The notes below the pieces were generated by a model. That model worked only from the letters and a program-made list of their open reading frames with translations. It did not search any database and was not told where the DNA came from. A DNA stretch of 64,000 nt, from positions 7,731,408 to 7,795,407 of the forward strand of contig CAVNZM010000009.1 of the NCBI GenBank assembly GCA_963693365.1, read 5' to 3'. The translations under genes and the position numbers were made by a program. Of the stretch, positions 61,718 through 64,000 are shown piece by piece. The DNA is from Amoebidium appalachense. Its lineage: Eukaryota > Protista > Ichthyosporea. Each line of letters opens with the position of its first letter. Position 1 is the first letter of the stretch.

Positions 61718-61905
61718 CCTGTTCTCCCACAACCCCCAAATATGTGGTATTATTTTGTCTTCTTTCCTATATAGGTGTCCATTACTTGTCTTTTCTCTAT
61801 ACTATCCCAGTTATTAGCTGTACTCCCACAACCCCCAAATATGTGGTATTATTTTGTCTTCTTTCCTATATAGGTGTCCATTACCGTAGTTGTCTTTTCT
61901 CTATA
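61718..61905. repeat. ~98-bp two-copy tandem duplication
   Basis: CTCCCACAACCCCCAAATATGTGGTATTATTTTGTCTTCTTTCCTATATAGGTGTCCATTAC occurs at ~61724 and ~61823. Confidence 0.85.
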
Positions 61906-62101
61906 CTATGTATGTCGCCACACGAGACCAAGTGCTCTGTGTACCTCGTTTATCCTCTAATAAACGTCCAGAATTATTTTCAACCGTGCCTCTTAAACTC
62001 TGTCTCGTGATATTGCAACTCTCTCCCGTCTTGTTTATTATACACTACCGTCACATCAGTTCTGTCGTGGCGGGTCATGTTTTGAAAAGGTATGCTACCA
62101 C

Positions 62102-62134
<33 letters not shown>

Positions 62135-62182
62135 CCACCACCCCCACCACCACCAACATGCGCACGCACACACACATACGCA

Positions 62183-62260
<78 letters not shown>

Positions 62261-62634
62261 TGACCACAGATAGTCACTAATATAATTCCGTGACTTCCAG
62301 CACAACCGCCCTTCCTCGAGCTCCTCCCCCACACCATGTATCTTCCTCTTTCACTATCAAACATATAGCAGCAGACAAGCTTCGCCCCTTCCCCCCCTTT
62401 CCGCAGCTTCAAAAAAAAAACCATTCATGAAACACATTTCCGGGGCCACCATCCCGACCTCTATACCCATTCAGCCAATCCGCTCCCCCCCCCCCAAAAG
62501 AAAAAAAGGAAAAAAGAAAAAACTCGGTATCCTTCTCAACACACCCAGTGCGAGTGTGTATTATCCTTCTTTTCAGTTCACTTTTCTGACCTTTGAGGGG
62601 GGTACACCCCTCCTCTTTCCGGTTCCCCGTGCAG

Positions 62635-64000
<1,366 letters not shown>

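Overview
Eukaryotic, intron-rich genomic DNA. Introns and intergenic regions are saturated with (CA)n/(GT)n microsatellites and long poly-C/poly-G runs, so almost all ORFs in the supplied track are repeat artefacts. Manual GT-AG splicing with phase checks gives five gene models: (1) a 9-exon CCDC6-family coiled-coil gene (+, 272-10110); (2) a 2-exon orphan Q/P/S-rich protein (-, 15911-12992); (3) a 22-exon HSF2BP/MEILB2-like coiled-coil + armadillo gene (-, 36273-18643) with 9-, 14- and 15-nt microexons; (4) head-to-head with it, an 11-exon NASP/SHNi-TPR histone chaperone (+, 37035-44379) behind a palindromic E2F-like site; (5) a partial spliced gene running off the right end. There are also three near-identical intronless 50-aa Lys/Ala/Pro/Gly-rich SPKK mini-genes, too short to be called as such by the ORF track. 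Mobile DNA: a Sola2-like non-autonomous DNA element, a 5'-truncated LINE remnant between 43-bp direct repeats, and an unrecognised intronic repeat family that always ends in a C-run and is co-oriented with the host gene. The most unusual structural signal is repeated local duplication of exon-intron junctions ('junction echoes'), two of which create in-frame candidate microexons. Family assignments rest on motifs recalled from memory and need alignment. The organism is not identifiable from this window; a unicellular relative of animals is only a guess.
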